In this document: in pieces, positions 23,461-34,269 of the stretch | Numbering within the stretch: the stretch's first letter is position 1 | Layout of the letters: each line of letters starts with the position of its first letter | NCBI GenBank assembly: GCA_010909165.1 | Contig: VJWM01000182.1 | Coordinates: forward strand, 186,001 to 250,000 | Source of the DNA: Anthoceros angustus | Lineage: Eukaryota; Plantae; Anthocerotophyta | Reading direction: 5' to 3' | Length of the DNA: 64,000 nucleotides | Translations under genes and position numbers: made by a program | The notes under the pieces: generated by a model | What the model was told of the DNA's origin: nothing | What the model saw: only the letters and a program-made list of their open reading frames with translations | Database searches by the model: none

Positions 23461-24069
23461 CGGTGAGTACCCATCCCAAGTGCAAGGTAAAGCGGGAAGG
23501 ATGCTTTCTTTCTAGAGACTAGAGCTCTTGATAAGAGTGAGGCAGGCTAACACACACTCGTGATTATGATCGAGTTAGTTGATGGCCTTCAAACTCTTAT
23601 GCAGAGAATTTGTGGGCCTTACTGTTACTAACCTAGGCGATGCGAGGAGGGGCCAGCAGGCGGTCTTGGTTTGGGTCCAGAACATGATCATGTGTGGGCC
23701 TGCTCCAGCCCGCCTGCTCGCCTCCCGGCATCTGCAAGGGTTAGTCAACGCAAGGTAGAAGCCAATGCGAAATGGGGTTAGTAACCCTAACTAGTGAAAA
23801 CCAAACGTAGAATCTTGTTCCCTAATCGGTGTGTCCTTCTCATGTGGCAAGGCACACGGTGTAGAAGCTGGGCGGAAGGCTTGAAGAGTCGCAAAGAGGC
23901 GGGGTGCTGTTGGAGTGGCGGCGAAATCCTTCACACCACTTTGTTGGCAAGCCCGTTTGATTCTCCTTGGCCGTTTCAACTTTCTGCGGAAGCTTCACAA
24001 GGCGATTCTTGGCGCTGGGGCCAAGGATCCGCTCAAACGACACTTTGAAATTCAATTGGTTCATCATCT

Positions 24070-25790
24070 CATAGGCAGGATCGCATGAGTTTGCTCAACG
24101 ACAATGTTCTTGGCCATCACGGGACAAAAAGTACACCATGGACGCGAGGGTCGAACCATCATCAAGGAGGCAGTGCCATGACCCTCAACTCGCAGTTAGT
24201 ATCACTCCGCTCATCCCCAAGCAACACCTTGTCTTTCATGTTACATAATGTTAAAGTTGAAAAGGTGCTTGTCATTGCAGATGTGTGTGGTAGCACCGAG
24301 TCCAGTACCAACATCCAAAGATCATGCAAAGAGTTTGCGAGGCAAACGGTAAGAATCTTTACTATGCCTTTGGGGCTTTCTCCCTTTTCCTTGATCGCAA
24401 CGTGTGCGATCGCTTTGAGACTTTCTCGTGGGTCGCCCTTCTTCTTCCCAAGACTCACGAGCCCAATGGCCAGCCACACCACACCGTTGCAATTCCCATT
24501 GACAGAGGAGACGAACTAAGATGAACTGCTCGACCTCCATTGCCTGTGTGTGCTGGTCCGAAATTTTAGCAAAGGACTTTGTCACCTTTGGTTTTATGTC
24601 CTCCTGCAGTTAATACGGCCTGTTCTTCCCGAAACAGGCACCGATGATCTCCTCACCGTGATGGAGGGAGGAGCACCGCCCGAGTCCGGATAGGGGCATT
24701 GAAGCGATAAAGGTTTGATATGAGGGTGGCGGAGGTTAACAACTGTTGCTACCTCAACTTCATCGATGGTGGATCCTTCATTTGGGCTCGCTGCCTAAAT
24801 TTTGTGACATGAGGAGCAACCCTCTCACCTTCACGCAAACGAAGTGAGTAGAATTCCATGCGCATGCATTGTAAGCATGCATGTTTTGGACATCATATGT
24901 GGCTACGAGTTGATCCCAAATTCCCTTCCCAAGAGTGGTACTCACATCGTGCACGAGGACTTCATCTAGACCATGGACTATCTAACGCTATGGAATTTAA
25001 CCGATTCCATTTTCTATATCACCGCAGAAGGAGGCGGGTGGCATTGGGATCGTTTTGCATATGTCCCATCTACCACTTCCCATACCCTCGCCAATCAAGG
25101 TGGTTTTCATGCGGACCTTCCGCAGTGAAACTTGGTCCCATTAAACCGATCCTTCTCCTTTAATTCTGAGGTATATGTGGGATTCGGTGCCTGAGTACCC
25201 ATCCCAAATGCAAGGTAAAGCTGGGAAGGATGCTTTCTAGAGACTAGAGCTACTGATAAGAGTGAGGCTAACACACACTCGTGATTATGATCGAGTTAGT
25301 TGATGGCCTTCAAACTCTTATGCAGAGAATTTGTGGGCCTTACTCACATTAACCTAGGCGATGCGTGGGAGGCGGGCGGCTGGTTTGGGTCCGAACATGA
25401 TCATGTGTGGCGCCCAGCCGCCTGCTGCCGCCTCCCAAAGATCTGCAAGGGTTAATCAACGCAGTAGAAGCCAATGCGAAATGGGGTTAGAAACCCTAAC
25501 TAGTGAAAACCAAACGAGAATCTTGTTCCCTAATCATGTGTGTCCTTCTCATGTGGCAAGGCTGGTGGTGTCAAGGCGGAAGGCTTGAAGAGTCGCAAAG
25601 AGGGCGCTGGTGCCTGTTGGAGTGGCGGCGTAAATTCACTTCACTGGCAATGACAAAGACTGCTTCGATTCTCCTTCGCGCCGTTTCAACTTTCTGCAGC
25701 GGAAGCTTCACAAGGGAACTGATTCTTGGCGCTCTGGGGCCAAGGATCTGCTCAAACCTGACACTTTGAAATTCAATTGGTTCATCATCT
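24070..25790 (-). repeat. Tandem duplicate of the Copia leader-Gag-protease segment (~22320-24070)
   Basis: GCATGAGTTTGCTCAACGACAA recurs at ~21988, ~22328 and ~24083. The whole block is repeated with many indels. Confidence 0.88.
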
Positions 25791-26040
25791 CCGCAAGGCG
25801 ACTGATGTCAATCTTCAATTCTGTGTTCAAATTGTTAATCCTCTGCCCAATGCTGTCCTCAGTGTCTTGAACATCGTGTTTCAAAGATTCCTGCCGTGAT
25901 AGCAACAGGGTAAGTGTTCTCTCAACTCTCGTGGCCACCGCCAGTGATTGAAGGGCAACCCCTTCAGTACTGCTTTCAGCCTGCCTTGAGATTGATCTCT
26001 TGTCCTGTTCCGCAGATTTGGAGTTCAAGAATTGTCTCAA
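25500..26040 (-). CDS. Upstream accessory ORF in the Copia leader (coiled-coil-like, frameshifted)
   Basis: ORF 25708..26040 (…LKHDVQDTEDSIGQRINNLNTELKIDISRLAEMMNQLNFKV) lies between the PBS and gag. Its continuation is seen in the duplicate ORF 23840..24067. Confidence 0.45.
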
Positions 26041-26346
26041 CTAGGATTTCTTCTTCAGAGAACAACTGGATTTTGGGCTCTCGATGACATGCCCTAAACA
26101 AAGCGTCTCAGATGGATTTTGGATAGGGAAATTTAGGTCGTCTAGAGCGGTTTGGACGAATGTCTATTGGCAAGATCTCTAAGCACGAGACGCGGTAATC
26201 CCGCCGACAGGTCCAAAGAATGTGTCCACGGTAGGTAGGTAGGATTTTGGGCAAGAGCCCTCAAATCGCACCGACTCTCCTGCGTTGCCTCTGGCAATTA
26301 CCCGATCTCGGCATTTTCTAGGGATCCATATGGTAGATCAAGCATG

Positions 26347-26518
26347 GCTCTGATACCATGATCGTTCTGTAAGCTGATAAGCGTAAAAGATAAACTTTCA
26401 TCAAATAAAGAATGAATACAAAAATGTGTTTGAGATGTGCCTTTTATACTTGACTTAATAACGCTTCACTTAACCCTAACTAGCATTGCTTAACTATAGG
26501 TTTGCTTTGTCTCCAACA
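26347..26518 (-). repeat. Copia 5' LTR plus tRNA-iMet primer-binding site
   Basis: TGGTATCAGAGC on the minus strand directly follows the LTR. Confidence 0.92.
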
Positions 26519-26861
26519 GGTAGACACCCTAGAGTGGAGGGCGTCAATCTAATAGCAGGAACGGGGCCCTCTCTCCTTTCCTTTATCATATTGTGATACT
26601 TGTCTCAAGTGGTTCGGGAGACCGAGTGCGAAGCCTTGGCGCAATGTTCCCGAATGTGTCAGTAGGCTAGGCTTGGGAGAGTGCACCTCTCTCCCTCGGG
26701 CGGGTAAACCCTGCGCTGCATTAGCTAACTCGTCCCCATGCAAACCAGCAGCTAGGGAGTAGCGGAGTTTGCACCAAGGATATATTATTGCCGTGAGTTA
26801 AGATTCTCAGCTCAAATTTGGATTGAGAGTGACCGTCGGAGAGCACCGAGCCCTTAACCTG

Positions 26862-26919
26862 ACCTGTCTCATGACGGTCTAAACCCAACTCACGTTCCCT
26901 ATTGGTGGGTGAACAATCC
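26862..26919 (-). rRNA. 58-nt fragment of nuclear 25S/28S rRNA (A-loop/H92-H93 region); not a functional rRNA gene
   Basis: Minus strand reads GGATTGTTCACCCACCAATAGGGAACGTGAGTTGGGTTTAGACCGTCATGAGACAGGT. It differs from the eukaryotic LSU consensus as I recall it by two transitions. Confidence 0.9.
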
Positions 26920-27667
26920 TGGCGTTTTGCTTTAGTGGATGTCTTTTGGCATGTTTAAACTCACTACAGCACCGCTCTATCTGTGTCTCTCAAGATAGCA
27001 TCCCTCTCTGTCATCGCGGGGAGGGAAGAAGCCTCACAAGGGGTGCAAGGCCAGACCCCTCGGGACGGCCGAATGCCGCGACTCGACTTGTGCGAAGGCG
27101 GGACAGGGGCTCCCTATTTAGCTGCGCATCTTGGACTTATTTGTCCGTCACAAGTGGACAGGCTCCCCGCTCGGCCACGATCCCACCGTTAACTCTGTCC
27201 GGCGTCAAGCTAGCAGTAGCAGAAATCGAAATGATACCGCCTACGACCCGTCGGGCCTGTGTATGCCCCGACACCACGGGGTTTAGCTCAGTCCTCCGCA
27301 ACCTCGACGACCTGCTGTTGGTTTAGGTTGTCCTTGGGATGCATGCCCCACTGAGTGAAATAGGCTTGTAGGGGTTGCCTAGCGCCACCTTCGGGGTTGT
27401 CCCTTTCGTCAAACTGGGGGGACGGCTTGCCCATAAACTCCCTCGTGGAAACACCTTTGGGTTTTACACCGGTGAAGGCCACATGGATCGAGCTACTCTG
27501 TAGGGTAGGAATAGGGAACACATGTGGTGGGATCACTTTCGTGGCGCACTCACTCAAGGGAACCCCTGAAAAGCATCTTTCAGCTATGATGTTGGGAACA
27601 GTAAGCTTTATTGAATGGAGGGAAAGTCGCCAGCTGTGGATACAAGTATCTTGGTGTCCCACAGGGT

Positions 27668-28590
27668 CATACGGGGGTCGGGGCGAAGAGGGGTCTTCGC
27701 GCCATGAAGAAGGGCTCGGCGGCGGTGTAGGCGTCTGCGTTGCCTCCCTCCTTTAGCAAGTCCCGGGTGCTCCACAATTTTTTGTGGGAGTCATGGGCAC
27801 GATCCCACACTCACTCTACAAGTCCCTCCACGCCCTTGTCCCAGATGCAAAGGTCTCTTGGCTATATGACGAGATCAATAAAGCGGTGAAACGGGGATTG
27901 GTTCGTTGGATTGCTGCCGCCAGGGTTGCGTATTTGGCGGTTTTCTCTTCTTGGCTCTTGGCTATATAGCAATCATGGGTCACTACAACATCAATGATGA
28001 TGATCCAGCTGCGACAGGAGTGATCCGACTCCTCCGGACGTGGCCCTCTTTTGTCATAGTAAATGATTAAGTCCGGTTAGAGCCGGACGGCAACCTCCCG
28101 GAAGTGTGGAAAGGCAAGGACTTCGGTTGCATCTGTGAACCATGTGGCCACTTCCATGATAATCTTCTCGTGTCGGAGGACCCGTAGGGTCTTGAGACGC
28201 GGCTCGAGGTATATGCAGAGGATGTGGGCGCCTGTTTCCTGCTTGTGGAGGGTCCAGTTGCGGCATAAAGGGTCCTCTCAGTGTGTAATAGCTCGGTGGG
28301 AGTTGCAGGGTGTGCAGTTGAGGAGGAACCGACACATGGTGGTGAACTCGACTGCGGGGACATTGGGGTGGGTGATATAGCTCCGACTACCCAGGGCTTG
28401 GATGTTGGGAAAGTGCCATTGCTTCCAGCCATCGTAGCGTTCCATCTCCCGAATGGTTCCCAGATTGCGCTGATGTTTTATATACATTGTCAGCTTGGCT
28501 ATATTGGAAAATGGGGATGGGTTCGGCCCGATGCCAGTCATAACTCCTTGCCCGTTCACCCAAACTTGGACTTGTGGACTTGCCATCTAT
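27668..28590 (-). mobile_element. 3' remnant of an R2/R4/NeSL-like non-LTR retrotransposon with restriction-like endonuclease
   Basis: Manual translation gives DPLCRNW..KQETGAHILC...LRHEKI (degenerate CCHC plus RH) followed by PDLII...IDVVVTHD...EEKTAKYATLA (PD-(D/E)xK endonuclease). There are stops and frameshifts. Confidence 0.8.
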
Positions 28591-30204
28591 TCTCCTATAT
28601 AAATAAATCTAAATATCAATCAATTCCTATTTCCATTGCATCCAGTCTTCAAAGACTTCAACTAACAATGTGCAACGTTCCACGAGCTACACGCATTTGG
28701 GTGTCATAATCATCAGATTAAAAATGAAAATATACACCTACGGGGACCCGCATAGAGGCAGGTACAATACCTGTAGAGACTAGCAATTTGCTACCACAAG
28801 AATACCGCATTCTATCTTACACTACCTACCTGCTGAGGGTATCGAATCACTCCCCCACCTTAGGTGGCTTCAAGAGAAGATCTAGGTCGACTTGAAATTG
28901 GATCTTCCGTTTCGCAACAGGAGACAGATTGCCTGAGATGTCCTAGTTTCTTCCATGGGGTCGTGCAAAATTTTATTTCTTAGCTTGGCTACACATAAGA
29001 CAACTTCCTCAATGACTGGTGATATTCAGGATGTGCAACAACGAATTGAACAGGATCGAATGATACCGTGGACACTGCTGGAAAGAAACGCATAAAATAG
29101 CTTAATAAGGAACTTGACTTGTTTTTTGGACTTGCAAATACCGGAGCAGAGGGATATCCAGTGGTATGTGACTTAGAGCCATGAAAAAATCAGCACTTTA
29201 AAGGCTGTAAAGAATTTGATAAGTCAGAGGCTTCAAAGATAAAGTAACACATTTTGGTTTGTATAAGATAGACACGTCGTGGCCAGGGGGTATCCATTTC
29301 AATGTAGCCTCCAATCTCGAATTACTTGCTTTTGTATTCTATGCTAAGAGTAGTTGTATTAGTTTTGGTTGCGCTTAGCATGCAAACGCATTTCCTATTT
29401 TTGTATTATGTGCTAAGGATAGTTATATTAGTTTTGGTTACGCTTAGCATGCAAAGATATTTTCTGCTTTTGTACTCGCTCCATTCAAGGCAATTAAAAT
29501 TGTGCAAAGGTATTCAAATTGTTGGCATGATGAAGAATTGTTCTCATGATGAGATATGCTTCCAACGACCTTCTCCTCCTCCGATGGGCTAAAGTGATTT
29601 TATCTTTGTCTACAAGGTGGACCGCCACGGCACAAGTGTCTTGGGGACCGAATTTCCTGGTGTTTTTAGAATCCTCCGACACAAAAACCATATGTTCCCA
29701 CATAAGAACCTCTTCAGCATAGACTAACTTCCGCATGCGAACAACCATGTAGCTCGGCTCGCGAACTTTAAAGCTATGCCAGGGTTATGTCCCCCGACAG
29801 GGCATCACCAAAAAAACATAACTTTATTGGATTAGGAGGCAACATAGGAAAATACATCTCCTATTTGGAACCGGGCTGTCCACGCAGCTCGGGAGCTCCA
29901 GGCTTGAAGCAATTGCGGATTCCCGGAAACTATATGCGATAATATATATTTCATTGTAGCTACGATCCACCGTGACGATGAGACGCATCCATTAATTCAG
30001 GGCCACCGCCGTTGTACTGGAAAATACGTCCTGTACTAGACCAGGAGGGAAGGGAAGGAAAGGGAAGGAAAGGACAGCGCAACTGCCAGCGCTCCTGCCA
30101 CCCTACGCACCAAGTCTCAAGTGCTCGACTCCTCGGACTGGGACTCGCAAACGCAGCAAGGAAAGCGTGAACTTCAGGAAGGGAGGAAATAAGGGACGGG
30201 TCGC

Positions 30205-30272
30205 GGAGTGGGGCCCGCCCTTTTGAAACCCTAAAAGGCCCTGGCCTATTGCAGGAGAGGTAGAACCCTAAA
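30205..30272 (+). promoter_or_regulatory. Telobox (AAACCCTA) and GGCCC site-II-like motifs upstream of the DOMON-b561 gene
   Basis: GTGGGCCC, GAAACCCTAAAAGGCCC and AACCCTA lie in a proximal promoter position. Confidence 0.45.
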
Positions 30273-30807
30273 GACCGTAGTCTCCGGCCAGTCTGTCTCC
30301 GGTCAACCTTGGGGAGGTGAAGTTAGGCAACAGTAAGACCTGGAGGCACCAAGCGGGCAACGCCACCAAGGGGTGTCCGGCCAGTCCACTGCCGTGGCCT
30401 CCTTTCAACCGCGTTTTGCAGACTACCGTGGGAACAGTCTGGCCTGGTACTGCGGATCCGCCGAGTCCCAGCGCCTGCCCGGCAGCAGCCGCCAGTCCAC
30501 CGGCGGGACTGGGGAGACACATCTGCGTCCCGCCTCTTCAAAATTGGGCAAGGAGTCTCGCCATCGCCATAGCTTCCTCCCAGCTCCGGCTGCATCGAAG
30601 CTTGCCAGTAGAGTGCGCAATTAGGCCCTCCTGGTGTGCTGCTTTGTGCCCGGTCGCTGAGTGCTGGTTGTTGCCGTGTCCACACCCTTCCACCTACCGT
30701 CTATTCCCTTAGATCCATACCCTAGACCGAACATCAGCATTGTTTGCTTGCCACCTTGCCCCTCCCCTCCCCACTCCCCTCCCCGCCTGCTAGGTTCGGC
30801 TTCCAGT

Positions 30808-32221
30808 ATGAATTCGGGTAGGCTGCCTATGGCGGTGCGATGGGTTTGCATCACCGCCCTGTGCTTGCTCCTGGCCTCACCTCCGCCAGCGCTCGCCCAG
30901 ACCTGCAGCAGGACGCTCACCATCAACGGCGTCACCAGGAATTTTCAGAACTGCGCGGTGCTCGACGAGCTTTCGGCCACCATCGCCTGGAATTTCGACA
31001 GTAACGCTACCCTGGAGGTGGGCTTCACTGCCGTTGCTGCTGGCTCAGACAACGTGTGGGTGGCATGGGGTGTCAATCCGAGCAGCTCCGTGGGCAACAA
31101 TTTCATGAGCGGAGCTGGTGTTGTCCTAGCCCGTGTGTCCAATGGGGTTGTCTCCACCGGGGCCTACGATTTGACCAGCGAGTCGCCGACTATTCCCGAC
31201 ACTCCTCCTGCCTCCACCCAAAACGTGAATGTGCTTGCCAAGGACGGTGAGTTCGTGGGTTCCACTGGGAAGGTGTATGCCAAAATTGTGTGGGCGCCTA
31301 CTTCTGTGTACCATGGCTGGAACTCGGGCCCGCTGAGCGCTGCCGGGACGGTGCAGCAGCATGATCTTTCCCAGATTGTGGGCAAGGGCGCCCTCAACCT
31401 CTCAAGCGGGGCCGTCTCGGCAGGGGAAGTTCCTCACAAGCAACTCTACTTCGTAAGTCAAGTGCACTTCCAGATTCCTGTACGCATGACATGCCTTTTC
31501 GGTCATTGTGCTCACGCTTCCTCCCGGTTTCCTCCTTGACAGAATCACGGCATTGTGGCCGTGGTGGGCTGGGGCATTCTCATTCCTCTGGGTATCATGA
31601 TCGCCAGATATGCCAGACCTTTCCAGGCTGCAGACCCTGCCTGGTTCTACTCCCACATGTTCTTTCAGTCCTCGGGCTTCGTGCTGGGACTAATTGCTTG
31701 GATTTTAGGACAGAAACTCGGAAACGATGCTGCCTTCACCTCATCAACTCATGCTTCTTTAGGAACTGCCGTCTTTGTCTTCTCCATTCTGCAGGTGACT
31801 GTCTCCACTCTCTCTTGTGTAAATGTGCACGCAAGGGCATTTTGTATGCCTAACTTGGGTACTCACACTGAGCTTGCATGTGCTTGTGTAGATTTTGGCT
31901 ATTGTGTTGAGACCTGGCAAGGAGCACAAGATTAGACCTTACTGGAACTGGTACCATCACGGTGTGGGCTATGTGGCTGTCGTATTGGCAATTGTCAACA
32001 TCTTCATCGGTTTCCATCTTCTTCAGAAAAATCGGCTACCCAAAACCGGATACAGAAACGCCTACGTCGCGGTTCTGTGTATTCTGGCAGCCATCGCCCT
32101 AATCCTGGAGGTATTCACCTGGATCATCTACTTCAAGAGGAGATCAAGGCTTCCGTCGTTGAAGATGGGGGAGGACAGTCAGGAAGGAATGAGGAATAAT
32201 TATCCCGCTGCTTATCCTTAG
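30808..32221 (+). CDS. Cytochrome b561 and DOMON domain-containing protein (CYBDOM); exons 30808-31452, 31543-31794, 31892-32221
   Basis: Signal peptide, DOMON (WVAWGVNP...MSGAGVV) and b561 heme His motifs (NHGIVAVVGWGILIPLG, WFYSHMF, THASLG, YWNWYHHGVG). GT-AG introns preserve frame. Confidence 0.93.
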
Positions 32222-33509
32222 TGTATTCATGTTTCCCGATTGTACCTGGAGAAAGCTGGGCCTTGATCGTCTCAAGTCTCCGCTATTGTGACAGGGCCTC
32301 CACTATTTTGGAGAAGCTGAGCATCCTCACCTTATAGAGCATGCCGTTGTCCTGTCCCATCCTGTTTAAGTTCGTCACTTCAAATCCACACGTTTTTAAG
32401 CCAGCCAATGTTGTCCTTGAGTGTCTGCCGGGCATTAGCAGGGCAGACGAGTGCTGTATGCGGCCTGGTCGTCCATATGGGGAATGGGCGTGGAAAGTCT
32501 CTCCCTTGTCGAGTAGCCTCTTGCTCGTATCACACTAAGCGCTGAGAGCGTCCGTTGTATCTGGGGACCGAATTCGGGTAGGTGATTAGGGCAATCATGC
32601 GACGTCCGGCTCTTTTTCTCATCAAAAACTGTCTGTGCCACTTGTCCCCAGGATGCTTTGACAAGCCAAAGCCGTCATCTCTAGGGAGACTGTGTCTTGC
32701 TGTCCGTTGAAGCATGAACTGACATCCTATCGCTCTAAACAGTATGTGCCATGTGCCTCAGCATGGTCAGATATATCTAGTTCTGACAATAAACTCCTTT
32801 CTCGGGCCTCAAGCAAGCCTTCCTGAAGAAGTGGCTTCACGTGATGCCAAGGAGGAAACAAATAGGTCACGTAAAGGTACTCTCAAATCGTTGGACACCC
32901 AAAGAAAGGCTTCGCTCTTTGCCGTTTGCCGTTTGCCCTCTGCCCTTTGCGGTCGTGCAGCTACAGCCTTGCTGGCCATGCACCCAAAACTGTCTCTTCC
33001 AGCACGTTGCCGAAACAGCTGTTTTGTCGTTCCATGTCGTAATTACCGGCCGCTTTCAGTTGTGCGGCGTTAGGAGTGTCTCCCAGGCAGGCTGGGAGAC
33101 ACTCCTAACTGGGTTCTGGCAAAATTTTCTCAACGTTCCTGTCCCTCTTTGTCCGAGTGTTCTCTGGCCTCCAGAACGTGGCGTTGTTTCGAAACTAGCC
33201 CCGCTTTTGCTTTCTTGCCATCCTCCTCTGCGAATTGTGCAGAGTCGTAAGGGCTGGCCACGCTTCGGATCTGCTGCAGCCTTGCTCACTTCATCCCTTC
33301 TCATCATTGCCTCAAAGTGATACGCATTTGGGAAAAAGCGAGAAAGTCTCGCCTTCAAAGGTTCCTTCTTGCTCTTCCCTTCCGCGGCGCGGGCTGTTCG
33401 TCAGCTGTAGGTCACAACTATAACCTGCCACCAAGGGTTCCCTTCCTCTGCCTGTTTGTGGTGCGTGCCTATTCGTCGCCATAACATACCTCCTTGCCCA
33501 TTAGAGCGG

Positions 33510-34269
33510 CATATGTATGATTGTTATCAAGTAGGTATATCAATGATGATTATTTTTAGATCGAATAAAGTGAAACACGCAGATTTGTTTTCCACGAGTT
33601 TGGTATCATGCTTTGGCCTTGAAACATATGAACAGTATGCAATCATAGAAAAATAAAATATTTTGATATATTATTTTTATTATATTTTAAAGATGTGATA
33701 ATAATATCTTTAGAAAAATCAAGGAAAATAAGACTTTATTATCAAAAAGAGATGGGAAAAACCCAACCACCCCAAACACAAAGGGGGAAAAACCCAACGA
33801 AGGGCACCATGCCAGGGGGACTAGCCCCCACAATCATGCATAGGCCTACTCACCACTGGTGTTGAAGAAGCTGCATCTCCTGCGCTCGCTGTCGTTCTGT
33901 ACACTGCGTTGGCCAACGCCCTCTGAGCGATGGAAACCCTATGCCGGAAGAAAGCAACAATACAAGAAAGAGGGAGGCCAATCCCATTCTTGCGGCTATG
34001 ATAAGCCTTGGCGCAAGCCTTGACGAACCTAAAGAAATCCTTGCCCATGGCTTTGTGAGTTTCTATGGCAAGGGGGACGAAGCCATGGCCGTCCATATTT
34101 GGAAAAGTATCAATCTATACTTTATAGTTCACGGGACTTTCAGAAAGAATTTAAATTGAAGGTTTTCAATATTGGACGAACTCGTGGAAAACAAATCCGG
34201 GTGTTTCACTTTATTCGGTCTAAAAATAATCATCATTGATATACCTATTTCATAATAATCATACATATG
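33510..34269. repeat. ~90-bp inverted repeat pair (33510-33600 / 34179-34269), plus a direct repeat at ~34085-34175 / ~34302-34390
   Basis: The arms are reverse complements with a few mismatches. Confidence 0.8.
33730..34096 (-). mobile_element. 3' remnant of a CRE-type non-LTR retrotransposon
   Basis: FVPLAIETH...FFRFVKACAKAYH...FRHRVSIAQRALANA matches the CRE endonuclease C-terminus. It is homologous to the remnant at ~53990-54700. Confidence 0.7.

Larger units (their letters stand above)
8563..26518 (-). mobile_element. Ty1/Copia LTR retrotransposon with nested Gypsy insertion and internal deletion
   Basis: LTRs 8563-8720 and 26359-26518 share an identical 130-nt core (8591-8720 = 26389-26518). 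GGTAG TSD at 8558-8562 and 26519-26523. tRNA-iMet PBS (rc of GCTCTGATACCA) at 26347-26358. PPT at 8721-8730. Gag-PR-INT on the right, RNase H end on the left. Confidence 0.92.

Noticed and set aside
26862-26919. Functional rRNA gene or organellar insertion
   Set aside because: It is only 58 nt, of nuclear-type sequence, and has no flanking rDNA.
29494-29748. 84-aa minus-strand ORF
   Set aside because: No recognisable motif, splice structure or supporting context.
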